A stretch of 64,000 bases of DNA from Paraspadella gotoi (lineage: Eukaryota > Animalia > Chaetognatha). The stretch's first letter is position 1. Each line of letters opens with the position of its first letter. The stretch covers positions 24,611,605 to 24,675,604 of the forward strand of contig CM119265.1 of the NCBI GenBank assembly GCA_051294375.1, given 5' to 3'. Positions 1 to 12,718 of this stretch are shown piece after piece. A program made the position numbers and the translations under genes. The notes under the pieces are model-generated. The model worked only from the letters and a program-made list of their open reading frames with translations. It did not search any database and was not told the DNA's origin.

Positions 1-286
1 TCGATATATACCAACAAACTAAACGCAAGAAATATATATTTACTAGCATTTAATGGGCGTGCATGATCGTTTAGCAATTTTACCTGTTTTTTTTTCTTTC
101 TTTTTTTAAAATTACGCCATATTGCTCACCCCATTGTCATTAATAAGGGTTAGTAGTAATCTATCAGAAATTACAACTTGTCAGAATACGAAGCGTTTGA
201 ATTTATTTTTCAGGCAAAGAGTTAGGGTTTTGAACCTTCTAAAGCTAGTATTGTTGTTGAGAAGGCTTTATAGCCAATTCCCGACT

Positions 287-363
<77 letters not shown>

Positions 364-390
364 AGAGGAGAGAGAATAGAGAGAGAGAGA
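287..390. repeat. (GA)n microsatellite, representative of dozens of (GA/TC)n, (GAT)n, (GAC)n, (GAAT)n and (GATAT)n tracts across the window
   Basis: Read directly from the sequence. These tracts generate most of the ERER/SLSL ORFs in the track. Confidence 0.95.
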
Positions 391-1115
391 GGCGGAGTTT
401 TGTTGCAATATTCCACTTGGACCAAACTCAGAAGCAATTCTGTATTAGTATAAATACGGTTCATCGGTAAGATTAACAATAATCGACGAGAGAGATTTTT
501 TCTTACATTTTTTTTTTTTAAAGAATTGTTAAAATTTAGAATTTTAGTACTATGAGTTAATTTTTTTTAAAAATAATAATCTCAGTAATTATGTAAACGT
601 TACGGATTAAACTCGTCGGGTTGGAGCAGCACCAGTCTTCCGAGTTCAACGGAGAAACTCAATTCAAACCAAATGCACATCGTTTTTGGAATCTTTTTAG
701 TTTGAGAAGCCTAACACATACATGATTATTATCAATATTTTTTTATGCCTTATTGTAAAGAAATGATGAACTTATTTTTAAACTTTGCCTAAATCTCTAA
801 AACTCAACGAAGCTGAAAGGATTAATACAAAAGAAAAAGAGAAAAAAAATATGAATATATAGGAATAAAAAGCTTGAAATCATTTTCCTTTTTGATTCGA
901 ACTCCAAATTTTAATTAATGAGAGCTTCCAGTCAAACGTCTCAACTGAAGGTTAACTTTGCAATGCCTGCGAAATAAGCTAAGAATAAATCCAAAAACAA
1001 TTTGACTCGCTTCAGCATAGGCACTACCATCTATTACTAAATTGAAATCAAGTTGGCAGACAAAGACGCAATAATGAGAGAGAGAGGAGAGAGAGAGAGA
1101 GAGAAGGAGAGAGAG

Positions 1116-1168
<53 letters not shown>

Positions 1169-1689
1169 TAACGTTCCTCTCATTCCAAACCATTTCCATG
1201 CAAATCTTCACAAGTGAAGCGAACTTAAGGGATATTCCTTCTCTTTTTGTGTTTCGTTTCATTTCTTTTCTTTTTCAGTTTTTTTTTCTTTTTTCTTTTT
1301 TTCTTTTTTTATTTTTATTCCGACAAAAGAAAAGTTGCGAAATAAGGAAAAAGAAATAAAAGAAAGAAAAAAAAAATAAAGAGATGAAGCTAATCATTGC
1401 TTTACATACCTCCAGGTAATAAAGAAAGATGAAAGAATTGAAAGAAGAAAGAAAGAAAGAAAGAAAGAAAGGAAAAGGAAAGAAAGAAAGAAAGAAAGAA
1501 AGAAAGAAGTTAAAGAGACAGAAAATCTGGAAAGTCTTAGGCCTGTCTAACAGGTAGAAATAAGAAAAAAAAATTGTTAAAAAATGAAAAGAAAAGTCAC
1601 TTTTTTGAAGTAAACGTCAGCCTAGTAAGTATATTAACCACAATATTTGTAAGTAATTCAATACAAGTAATATAACTAGTACAAAGTTA

Positions 1690-1900
1690 ATGAAAGAATG
1701 GATAACTTTATTTGGTTGTTCACAATTTCCAATTCAGTCCTAGTATTTGATGCCCGTGCTGAGTAAAATATAGTATAGTAAAAACTGAAAGAATGGTCCT
1801 TTTAAACAAGTGAAACATTCTTTGAAATATTTATACAACTTTATTGATAAGGGAGTTAATTTATCAAACAGATTGTGAGAGAGTCTTGATTGAAAGCCAA
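1690..1900 (+). mobile_element. Degenerate copy of the dispersed repeat family
   Basis: GAATGGATAACTTTATTTGGTTG...GTATTTGATGC...GAAACATTCTTTGAAATATTT...TGTGAGAGAGTCTTGATTGAAAGC matches 30101-30328. Confidence 0.65.
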
Positions 1901-2130
1901 TTTTCATAAAGTTTTAACTAAAAAAAAAGTTAAAAGTGGTGCTGGTAAAGAACCGGCGTTTATTACGACCCTTAACAACCGGAAAACGAAAAATTTCCTT
2001 TTCATCTTAGAAGTTAGATTCCTCTTCTATTTTGTTGTGGATAATGTTCTTTCGAATTTGATCTACTTTCAATGATTAAAAAGAAAGTTTTTTCTTTCGC
2101 CCTGGGACGCTTGTGCTACGGGCGCTGACT

Positions 2131-2162
<32 letters not shown>

Positions 2163-2174
2163 TCTCTTCTCTCT

Positions 2175-2216
<42 letters not shown>

Positions 2217-2961
2217 CTCTCTATCCTAACTCCTACAATGCATTTGAATCTTCGTTCAATCACAAATGAAAATTTAACCTGAAATATTTAATATAAAATA
2301 ATACAACTGCTGTATCGTTTCAAAAAATTATTTGGCAGAATTTTTTTAAAAATTAGAGTTATTAATCGTGACATTTTTCTGACCAGAGCGTGTTTTAGTT
2401 GTTTGTTTTTTGTTCAAGGTTATCCTGTAGAAATGAATTTTTAACATTAGTTGGCGAAGTGTTACAATTTTACATCTGATGAAAATTAAACACCTCGCTC
2501 CCCTTCCCCCAAAAAGAAAACAACAACAACAACGATTAAAACCTTTTGAAGCTGAATTCGTTGCTCATATTTTTTTCAGTGTTTTGGCTCAGATTGAGAG
2601 AGAGGGGCGCCAGCGACGAAACGGGGGAAAACAATTGGGCAACGCGCAGGAAAAAGGCATAAAATCTAACAAAAAAAAAAGAGTTTCCCACTTGCTCGCT
2701 CGACAAATAAGCAAAAGTTATGTCGGTATTTCAGCGAGTAAAAAAACCCGGATGTTAGTTTTTCTTTTAAAAAAAAAATCCCGGATTGTAATTCGCTTGT
2801 TAAAAAACGAAAGGGAAAGAAGTTGAATAATAAAAATAATAAGAAGATTGAAAAATTAATGTTGAATCATTTAGGAGGAGAATTAAAAGAGATTTTTTTT
2901 AGGTAAAAATATTGATTCTCATCAAACGAATGAAGGGAAATCCAAAGCCTGATTCCTGAAT

Positions 2962-2997
<36 letters not shown>

Positions 2998-3716
2998 AGA
3001 GAGAGAGGAGAGAGAGAAAGAGAGAAAGAGAGAGAGGAGAGAGAGAGAGAGAAGAGAGAGATTGAAGTGGCCACTTGGAGCACTCTCCAAAGAAGACATC
3101 GGTTGCGCGGATATAATTTCCATTTATTTTCCTCTTTTTTCCCGAGATGGCGCGGTTAAGATGTTTTGGATCACGGTTTTTAGGTCGAGACTGTATGTAT
3201 AAATTAATTCGGTATTAATCTCATATCAATAATACAGTTAAATCAAATTTCCCAATAATAAATCAGATGGAGAAAAGACGGAAAGTGCTTTTTATTGGCG
3301 CGTTGGAGCAAAGCTGTTGAGAATCAATATAACATTGAAGTAAGAGGATAAAGAAAAGATGAAAAAAAAGGGAAAAAAGGAAAAGAAAGAGATAATGAAA
3401 AAAAAATAAGGAGAAAATGAATAAAGAAAGAAGAATATAAAAATGGAGGAAGACAAAGAAAATGAAAGGAAAGGGCGGAAAAAGGAGAAGTAAAGAAAGG
3501 AGACGAAAGGAAGTATGGGAATGCTCATCGGTTTTCTCGTTTTCAACTTTTGTCTCACAACTGCTTAACGATTGATTTAAACGTGATTTGTTTTTTTGTT
3601 CAATTTTTATATAAATAGAATTTTCCTCTTTGGTCCCTCGATTCAGAAAAAACTGCGAATGGAAAATGTTGCGGAGAAGCGTTTTCGCCGTGAGAGAGGC
3701 GGAGTCCAATGGAAAT

Positions 3717-3771
<55 letters not shown>

Positions 3772-4402
3772 AACGGCAGACACGATCTTTGGACTTAATT
3801 GGAAAATTTAGAGTCGCATTCTCTTCTCTCTTTCTTCCACGAAGATGAGACACTTTCTTTCAGGCAATTTTGTAATGAGTGAGCATTCAAAACATTAACT
3901 ATTAGACCCTGTAACTTTTCATACGTTTAAATCTCAACTATTCAATAATAACACTTTACTACTATACTACGGCTACAACTTTTCCATCTCTTCAACTTCT
4001 CATTTATTAACTTTCATATCTTTACTTTTTCAACTTCATATATTCGATCCTGAACTATTCAGCATTTCTCCAATTCATATCTTTAACTGCTGAAATTTTT
4101 TCAATTCTTCATAGTATTTTTTAACTTTAAACTCTTCAAAACTTTATATATTCAACTCTAAATTCAACACAACTTTAAAACTCTTTTTATATCTTTCACA
4201 TTATGATTATTTGTTAAAAACTTTCCAAACTGTTCAACACTTTTTCAAAAGAAAACAAATTTTCACGCGAAACTGAATTTAAACTCGGAAATGTGGACTG
4301 TGTGGAAATAACCAGATTATGTTTTTCTTTTGTTTTTGCTCCATCTCATTTCTTTTTTTTTTAAGGCATTATGTTATTATCTAGTAGTACTTCCTCCTCT
4401 CT

Positions 4403-4469
<67 letters not shown>

Positions 4470-4734
4470 TTCTCGCGATGGATTCGCTCTATTTCTTTCT
4501 TTTTATTTTCATACATAAAAGACCAGCGAATTAACGGCGCCCGGCGGGGGAAATTTCCACGGATGGCCGAGCCATTTTTCTCTTTTTGGTTAAACTTCCT
4601 CGGGAGGAGACTCTTAACGTGCGCCATTCCGCTAGCTTATAATTAGCTATCGCCAGCTAGTGAGTCGGACTATCCAATATCACGGGCCGGGGATATAGAG
4701 GAGCGAGAGAGAGAGGAGAGAGAGAGAGAGAGAT

Positions 4735-4770
<36 letters not shown>

Positions 4771-5544
4771 CGTCAAATAGCGACGGGAAAAAAATTAAAT
4801 CGTGGCGCGAAAAAAAAAAGGTTATGTACGAGTTATGCCGTTTGGCTAATGACATAATCGACTTTAGTCTGAACGGAAATGTTTTCTCACTTGTTTTGTT
4901 TTATGTCTTTGTTTTGTTTATGTCTCGTTTTTGTCTTTTGGTTTGTGTTCCTCGTGTGTTTGCGCACTTGGTTGAAGCCCTCTGTCGTGATTTTAAGGAA
5001 GATGTGACGATTATTGATGATACGATTATTTCAGTTTCTTCCGTCATTATCATTCGTCATTATTTAAAATTATCATCTCATCATCATCATCATCATCATC
5101 ATCATCAACATCATCAACATTATCATTTCATCATTATCTCATTATCATCATTATTTATCAATGATAGGAAACGCAGTAACAGTGATGAACTTTGTCACTG
5201 CTGTCGTCACCAACTCCTCCCCTTTCCCAATTACCACCTTTGCCATACTTGCCATATATCCCCACACCGAATGCCATCTCTCCACGCCACACCTCCCCCC
5301 TCTTCCACGATGCCGTCCGTTCGCTTTTCCCGTAATCTGCCTAATTTTTCATTGCGTTGATGCGGCGGCCTCTGCCGTTTGATGCGGCCCTCTGCCAGAT
5401 CGAGCCAAAGGCGATACGAAGTGACGAAGACGATGACGAGACGACGAAGAAACGATGACGATGATGACGAAGAAGAGGCAACGACGAAGACGATGATTTG
5501 AAGACGATGCTTATGAGAATGAGGACGATGATGACCATGAAGAC

Positions 5545-5583
<39 letters not shown>

Positions 5584-6440
5584 GATGAGAATTCTCATAA
5601 GGATGAAGACGACGACGACGACGAGGACGCAGATTGGCGTTTTGTCTCTTGAATTTACATTTTTACAATGAGAAACGTCTTCATCTTGACAACGACGACA
5701 ACGACAACGACGCCACCATTATTCCCCGCGGTTGCCTTTCTCTCCAACCAACTTTGTTTTTGTCCTGGAAAACCAGGGATTCCACTCTCATCACGCCGTC
5801 ACGGCTTCCACTCGTTATCATTAAAATCGGGCGAGAAAACCACGAGCTTCAAACACAACTCAGGCTTCACTTCTTCCTCTCATCCTCATTAGGACCAAAA
5901 AGCATGCAATTTTATTTATTTATTTTGAGTTTATTTAATTTTTCCCCATTTTTTCTTTTATCTTTATGAAATCTTGACCTTTCTTTGTTTTCATTTCTTG
6001 TTCTTTACCTAAAAAACCTTTTTTCTTTCCATTTGCAATTATTTACCCTTTTTCTAAATTCTTTAAGATTTAAAAGTCTGACTTCTCTTTTTTTTCCCCT
6101 TTCTTCTCTATATTTTGACTTAATTTGATCAAATCGTGATCCCTCTTCATCGTCACCTTTCTTCCTCCTCTAATCTCATTCAATATCTAACTTACCTTTT
6201 CCAGATAGGTTGATTCTTACCAAAATTCCCGACCATTTTCATTTGTCCTTAATCTCTTCACGCTTAGATAACTTGCCTTTTTCACCAATCACCGAGTGTC
6301 TTTGCATATGTTTCAACCGCGAGGCCTTTTTCTTCTTCTCTTCCACCTTATGGCCCCACATTTCCTACTATCTGCCCTACGAAAACCATTAAGTCGCCGA
6401 GTGCTGCCGGAGGAACCATTTCTCAGTAATCTGTATCTCA

Positions 6441-6512
<72 letters not shown>

Positions 6513-6667
6513 TCTCTCTCTCTCTCTCTCTCTCTCTAACTCTGACGCTGAGAATGATGAAGAAGATTGATATCATTCTAATTTTCATTCTTCTTTCCTT
6601 CCAATTCGTCTCCTTNNNNNNNNNNNNNNNNNNNNNNNNNTCTCTTATCTTCATCTGAACCCAGGGA

Positions 6668-6802
6668 AGACATCTTTTCTCAGACCCTCTTACTCCTCTT
6701 GTGACATCTTTTCTCAGACCCTCTTCTTCCTCTTGTGACATCTTTCTAAGACCCTCTTCCTCCTCTTGTGACATCAACGTCTCTACAGTTTTGTGACATC
6801 TT
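6668..6802. repeat. Short tandem repeat, ~35-bp unit, 3-4 copies
   Basis: GTGACATCTTTTCTCAGACCCTCTTCTTCCTCTT repeated. Confidence 0.75.
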
Positions 6803-7243
6803 TCATATCTTTTTATGATAATTCATTTCTTTTTTATTTTGCATTTGTAGAGTTTTTTTTTCCACTTTAGCTTACCAACGTTAAGTGAGAGTCGTGACCA
6901 CAGAATGGAACCCGAATTGTTTTAAACTCAACCAGAGTCTCGAAATGAAGCTAATTCGGGTCCTCGTAGTCATCAATATTCAACTGAGCTGGCGTCGTCG
7001 TCGTCGTCGTCGTTTTCTTCGTCGTCGTCTTATCTTAGCAGCCATCTTCTTCGTCAATGTCATTGTATCGTCTTTTCTGTCTTCTCATACGTGTCGCCGT
7101 CGTCGTTATCGTCGTCGTTATCGTCGTCGTTATCGTCGTCGTCTTCTGCTAAGACGATGATTCAATCGATGTGATTATCTGTTTCACATTCGACTCACAA
7201 TTCACAGATGACGACGATGAAGACAACGATGATAATGATGGTA

Positions 7244-7275
<32 letters not shown>

Positions 7276-7944
7276 NNNNNNNNNNNNNNNNNNNNNNNNN
7301 NNNNNNNNNNNNNNNNNNNNNNNNNNNNNNNNNNNNNNNNNNNNNNNNNNNNNNNNNNNNNNNNNNNNNNNNNNNNNNNNNNNNNNNNNNNNNNNNNNNN
7401 NNNNNNNNNNNNNNNNNNNNNNNNNNNNNNNNNNNNNNNNNNNNNNNNNNNNNNNNNNNNNNNNNNNNNNNNNNNNNNNNNNNNNNNNNNNNNNNNNNNN
7501 NNNNNNNNNNNNNNNNNNNNAGTATGTTTGTCCAAAATATTTTTAGTCGACAAATTCGCAAGCTTGGTTCAAATAACAATATTTCGATTCGTGAGTATAA
7601 TTACAAACAAAATACATTTTTATCGGGTTTTTTTTTTCCTTCGTCAGTTTTTCGACGAAATCAAATTTAAATTGATTTTTCCGTCATCATTCATCAGCCT
7701 TCGTCAAATTAGAACATTTTTTGTCTCATGAAGGAAAAGATAGGATCGCAGCTGGCGGATTCTCTCGGCCGTTTCTCATAAAAACGGGAACAGCGAGCGG
7801 AACTCATTCCCCTTTCTTCGGTTTTCGCTTTTTCGGTTTGTTTTTTTTTTTTTTTTTTGGTCTTAGAGTTTTTTTTTTTTATCGTTGATTTGTAATTTCA
7901 GCCGGGTTTCTTTGGATTACTTGACATTTTGCTTTACCATTTGC

Positions 7945-7977
<33 letters not shown>

Positions 7978-8579
7978 GAATTTTTTGTTCCACGCGAAAA
8001 GATGTTGTGACATTTCAAAGAACCAAGAAACGTCGTTTTTTCGACATTCGACCATAAACACAAGAAACTGCCTCTTCGTTTTTATATTTATACATTTCCG
8101 TTTTTATGCGTGTTTTATTTCTTTATATGTTTTTTATTAAGTTGGGTTATGACATTCCAAGACATGGCCGTCAAATATACTCCTTCCTCCCTTTCCTTTT
8201 CGACATTCTCAGACATGGCGGCCAAATATTCCTTATTATCTTGGCCTTCTGTCCTTTCCTTTTAATATTCTCATATATAGCTACTGTAATTTCTTCTTTT
8301 TCCTTTCTTTTCCTTCCTCTCTTTTCTTTAAATTTTTTTTTATCTCTTTCCTTTCTTTTTCAACCTTCTCAAACATGTCCGTCAGATTTTTATTCTTTTT
8401 GAAGTATACAATCTAGTAGAAAAGACCTTATTGTACAGTATAGAATAGTTTAGTATAGTATACTATAGTATAGCATAGTATAGTATATACTACTTTTCTT
8501 CCTTTCCTCTAATTCCTTTCCTACATTCTCATATATGTCCGCCATCTTTCTTTTCATCCTTTCCCTTTCCTTTGCAGAC

Positions 8580-11467
8580 ATGGCAACTCAACCTCCGCTC
8601 CTCTTCCTCTTCCTTCTCCCCTTCCTCTTCATCTCGGCCACGCCCACTTCCGGCGTCGAAGCCGACGCGGCCGTCAACGACTTCGTCTCGTCGGCGTTGA
8701 ACGACTTCAAAAGAGAAATGAAGTCGGGGATTCCCGACTGGCACGTCCCGATGCTGGACCCTTTGAGGTTAAGATAGGTGAAGTGTCGTCGCTGCTTGGT
8801 TGCCTTTTTTTTCGTTTTGAGTGCTTGCTTGTGTGTGATTGCTTGTTTGTTTTCTATTTTGCGATCTTCAATTCTTTTTCTTTTCTTTCAATATTCTCAC
8901 TTCGATCCTTTCATTTTTTCCTTTCACTTTTTTATTTTCTTTCATTCATTTATTTCATTTCATTCATTTTTACTTTTAACTTTTATCGTCTCATTCATTT
9001 TCATTTTTCAAAAATTCTTAACTCCATCTATTAGCTTTCTTTTTTTTCTCATTCTCTTTTTTTTAATAATTCTTCTTTCTTTCTCATTTTTATTTTTCTC
9101 TGTCATTTTCCATCTTTCTTTTATCCCCTTGCCCCTCCCCTCACTTCCCTCTCCCTGACTCACCCCCCAACCCCTTTAACTCCCTCCACAGCATCCCCGA
9201 CTATTCGGCGCACCTCGTGGAAGACGCCGTCGACGTCAAAGTCTCGATGTCGGAATTCCTCGTCGAGGGTCTCTCCACCTTCGAGACGACGTCGGTGGAG
9301 ACGAATCTGAAGCAGCGGACGATGCTGCTTAAGATGTTCCTGCCGCAACTCGAGGCGAAGGTGCGGCAAGGAAAGGGTTGGCGATTCGGGATCGGTTGTT
9401 GCAGGGCGGTTGTGAGTTGTGAAGAGAATATGAGGTCGATAAATATTTTGAGATTATATATTATGAAAATTTTCAAATTTTTTTGTTTCACAATTTTCTA
9501 TTCCTATATTTTATATTATATTATAGATATTATAATTTATATATATTATTTTATTAATACCGACCAAGTAAAACTATCAAATTTGCGGTATAAAGTTTCA
9601 AATCGATTTTTTTTTCATCCGTCTTGTCAAAACGTTCACAATTAAGAAAAAAGTCTAAAAAAGTCTAAAAAAGTCATGGCTTTGAGATTGAGCATTTTGT
9701 TTAAAGATTAAAATGATAAAAAAAACAAATTAAGTGAACTTGCGGAAACGTAAAAACGTTGAAAACCGTGAAAACAGGAACGTGAGAAATGGGTGAAAGG
9801 CAAAGCGAAGATGAAACAAGAACGGTAATTCCAATGTGTTGCCCCGCAGTGACTTTATTTTCTCGTGTATTTCCTTTTTATCACATGATATGACTTGACA
9901 ACTTTCTTCACCCGTGTATCTATGACATGCACACTGCACAGCATCAAAATTCGGTCCTTTATTCCTTATAGTTTTAGTAATTCCTAAAGACGGCGCTAGC
10001 AGTCCCTTAGATTTGAGGTTTTTTCTGTTTTAACAAATGAGCAACGAACTATAGGCAAATTATAAACGTTTTTAACATAAGTAGGACAGACATACCAACG
10101 AACTGACCAACAGACCGACCGACCTACCGAAAAAGTGACTTATAGAGTTGCTCCGCGAGTACTCGCGATTGATCCCTCGCGGTTTCTTGAAGAGGGGAAG
10201 AGTCGCGAGAGACTTTCTCCTTCTCGTAATCAGGATTCAAATAACCATTTGTACTTCCATCTCATTTGCATATTCGAGTAACGATTTGTCTCATCGATGT
10301 TAGACGAAAAAGAAAACTATGCTCGCTAATTTATGATGATCGGATGTTAATTATTGGCTGTCGTAAATGTCAGTTTTATTTTAATGCTTAATTAAATTTA
10401 ATTGAATGCTTCCACTTCTCTCCATGATTTTTTCTTCCATTTTAAACATCATACCATTTTACTCCCGCTCGATGGTTTCTCTCTTTTCGCTCAACCCACC
10501 CACTGCCCTCAATGACCCCCACCCCACCCCACCCCCCTTTAAAGGCGAGCTACTCCCTCAAGGGTCGCCTCTTCAAACTCCTTCCTCTCTACGGCGAAGG
10601 AGAAGCGAGGATTCGCATCAACGACTTGAAGATCGAGTCGCTCGTCGATCTCAGCGTCCAAGACGACGGGCATCTCAATGTGGACATGATGCAGGTGAGT
10701 CATGGGACTGGCGTGGCTTGGGACTGGTGAGGCATGGCGAAGGTTGGCGTTTCGCTAGATGAGGTGATACGAGTTGCGAGATACGTCGTGATTANNNNNN
10801 NNNNNNNNNNNNNNNNNNNNNNNNNNNNNNNNNNNNNNNNNNNNNNNNNNNNNNNNNNNNNNNNNNNNNNNNNNNNNNNNNNNNNNNNNNNNNNNNNNNN
10901 NNNNNNNNNNNNNNNNNNNNNNNNNNNNNNNNNNNNNNNNNNNNNNNNNNNNNNNNNNNNNNNNNNNNNNNNNNNNNNNNNNNNNNNNNNNNNNNNNNNN
11001 NNNNNNNNNNNNNNNNNNNNNNNNNNNNNNNNNNNNNNNNNNNNNNNNNNNNNNNNNNNNNNNNNNNNNNNNNNNNNNNNNNNNNNNNNNNNNNNNNNNN
11101 NNNNNNNNNNNNNNNNNNNNNNNNNNNNNNNNNNNNNNNNNNNNNNNNNNNNNNNNNNNNNNNNNNNNNNNNNNNNNNNNNNNNNNNNNNNNNNNNNNNN
11201 NNNNNNNNNNNNNNNNNNNNNNNNNNNNNNNNNNNCACGAGCGTCGCCGGGAGAGATGCTGCGAAGGCGGCGGCGCCGAGCGGAGGCCAGGCACCGCGTT
11301 GATGTTCCTCGCCGAGAGAGCCCGCGCCGAGGAGTGCGTCGAGATGCAGAAGAATGTGCGCGGTGAGGGCGATGGTACACTGGGGAGAGGGGAAGAGGAG
11401 GGGGGAGAGATGGGGGGAGGGGGAGAAAGGAAGAGAATAGAAGAGGAAGAGAGAGAGAGAGAGAGAA

Positions 11468-11501
<34 letters not shown>

Positions 11502-11594
11502 GAGATGGAGAAAGGCTTCGGGAAGAAGTTGAACAGCGTCTTCAAGGAAGTCGCGTTGGAGGAGATTAAAGGAGGGGGAGGAGCGACAGGTTGA

Positions 11595-11648
<54 letters not shown>

Positions 11649-12718
11649 TATGACTATGATGACGATGATTATGTTTAAAGGATATTGAGCTGGTGATTAG
11701 ATCGTAAACAATTTCAAATTACAGTATGTAAATGTACTAAAATGTTTGTAAATTCAGAAATATCTTACTAAATCCACTTCCCCATTCCAGCCTTCTCCGA
11801 CACCCCCTCCGAACGCTCCACCGCCTCCGCCAACTCCTTCGTCGACTCCATCATCGCCGACATCCGCCCGCGAATCAGCGACACCCTCGACCCGGTAAAG
11901 TTACCCGAGGGAAGGAAAGGGTTCGAGAGGCGACTCATCATGGTCACTGTGAGAGGAGAGGTGAGTGATTGGTGAATGCTGGGTAAGGCCGTGAGGATGG
12001 AATCGTAACATTGAGCCTTTCGGAGCGCAAACGCTTCATTTTCTAATCTTTTATTATTTAAAATCGTGAATGTTTGAAAACTAAAAGGAACTTATTAGTA
12101 GTTTTTTTATTACTCAGAAAGAAAGAGCGTTTTATTATTTTACAAAATACTACATTAGTAGTTCAACAATATCAAAAAAGAATCTTGGCCAAAAAATCCT
12201 GAAGAATCGTAATATTATTCAAGTAAAATGTAAAATGTTATTCTTAGGTGAAGCTCTACGATGGTTGGCTCGTAGGCCTTTCGACTCTCCACCGCACGGG
12301 CAACGCCCACATGTCCAACTCCTCCACCGGCGTCGTCGTCATCGACGGGGAGTTGGGCGTTAGCAGCCTCATGGGTCAATACTCCGCCCACGCCAAGTTC
12401 ATGGACCTGGGCCCTTCGTTCCAGCTGTCCGTCACCGTGCCCGCCGTCGTGGTCACCTGCTCCGTGCGGCAGGACTTTTCTCAGCCAGGATCCGCTCCCG
12501 TCTTGGCGTTCTTCAAGATCCGCGAGACGGGGAAGATCGACATCAAGCTGAAGGGCTCGTTGGGTGTGCTGAACTGGCTCTTCAACAAGGTGGCCAGTTG
12601 GACGGCCAATCTGGTCAAGGGGTTCGTGGCGCGGCAGATCGAGACTCCGATCAGGAAGTTGATTTCTGAGAAATTGAAGGACTTGTCGATTCCAGTGGAG
12701 AAGTTGAATGTGAATTGA
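8580..12718 (+). CDS. Secreted two-domain TULIP-fold lipid-binding protein (Takeout/JHBP domain + group-7 allergen/Der p 7-like domain), cluster gene 1
   Basis: Exons 8580-8767 (MATQPPLLFLFLLPFLFISA signal peptide; GIPDWHVPMLDPL), 9192-9360 (VEGLSTF...LPQLEAK), 10545-10694 (ASYSLKGRLFKLLPLYGEG), exon 4 split by an inversion (11379->11236 on the minus strand, then 11499-11589 AEMEKGFGKKLNSVF), 11791-11960 (ANSFVDSIIADIRPRISDTLDPVKLP) and 12248-12718 (VKLYDGWLVGLSTLHRTGNA...LNWLFNKVASW, TGA). Junctions are GT..AG with matching phases. Family assigned by motif recognition, not by a database search. Confidence 0.85.
10075..10167 (+). mobile_element. Possible remnant of a DINE-1/Helentron-associated non-autonomous element in gene 1 intron 2
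   Basis: (GACC/GACA)-type microsatellite, then AAAGTGACTTATAGAGTTGC and a perfect 14-bp palindrome CGCGAGTACTCGCG (10154-10167). Confidence 0.4.
11236..11379 (-). other. Inverted first half of gene 1 exon 4 (JHBP domain C-terminal part), with indels
   Basis: The reverse complement has a polypyrimidine tract plus CAG (11382-11380), then reads CTIALTAHILLHLDALLGAGSLGE and, across small indels, NINAVLASLGAAAF. This is the Takeout/JHBP segment missing between exon 3 (phase 0) and 11499. Confidence 0.75.

Noticed and set aside
122-8500. Numerous ORFs rich in ER/SL/His/Asp runs
   Set aside because: They derive from (GA)n, (CAT)n and (GAC)n microsatellites, with no splice-consistent exon chain or recognisable domain.
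11299-11532. Plus-strand ORF MFLAERARAEECVEMQKNVR as a gene 1 exon
   Set aside because: It is the antisense reading of the inverted JHBP exon; the minus-strand reading fits the family and phase.
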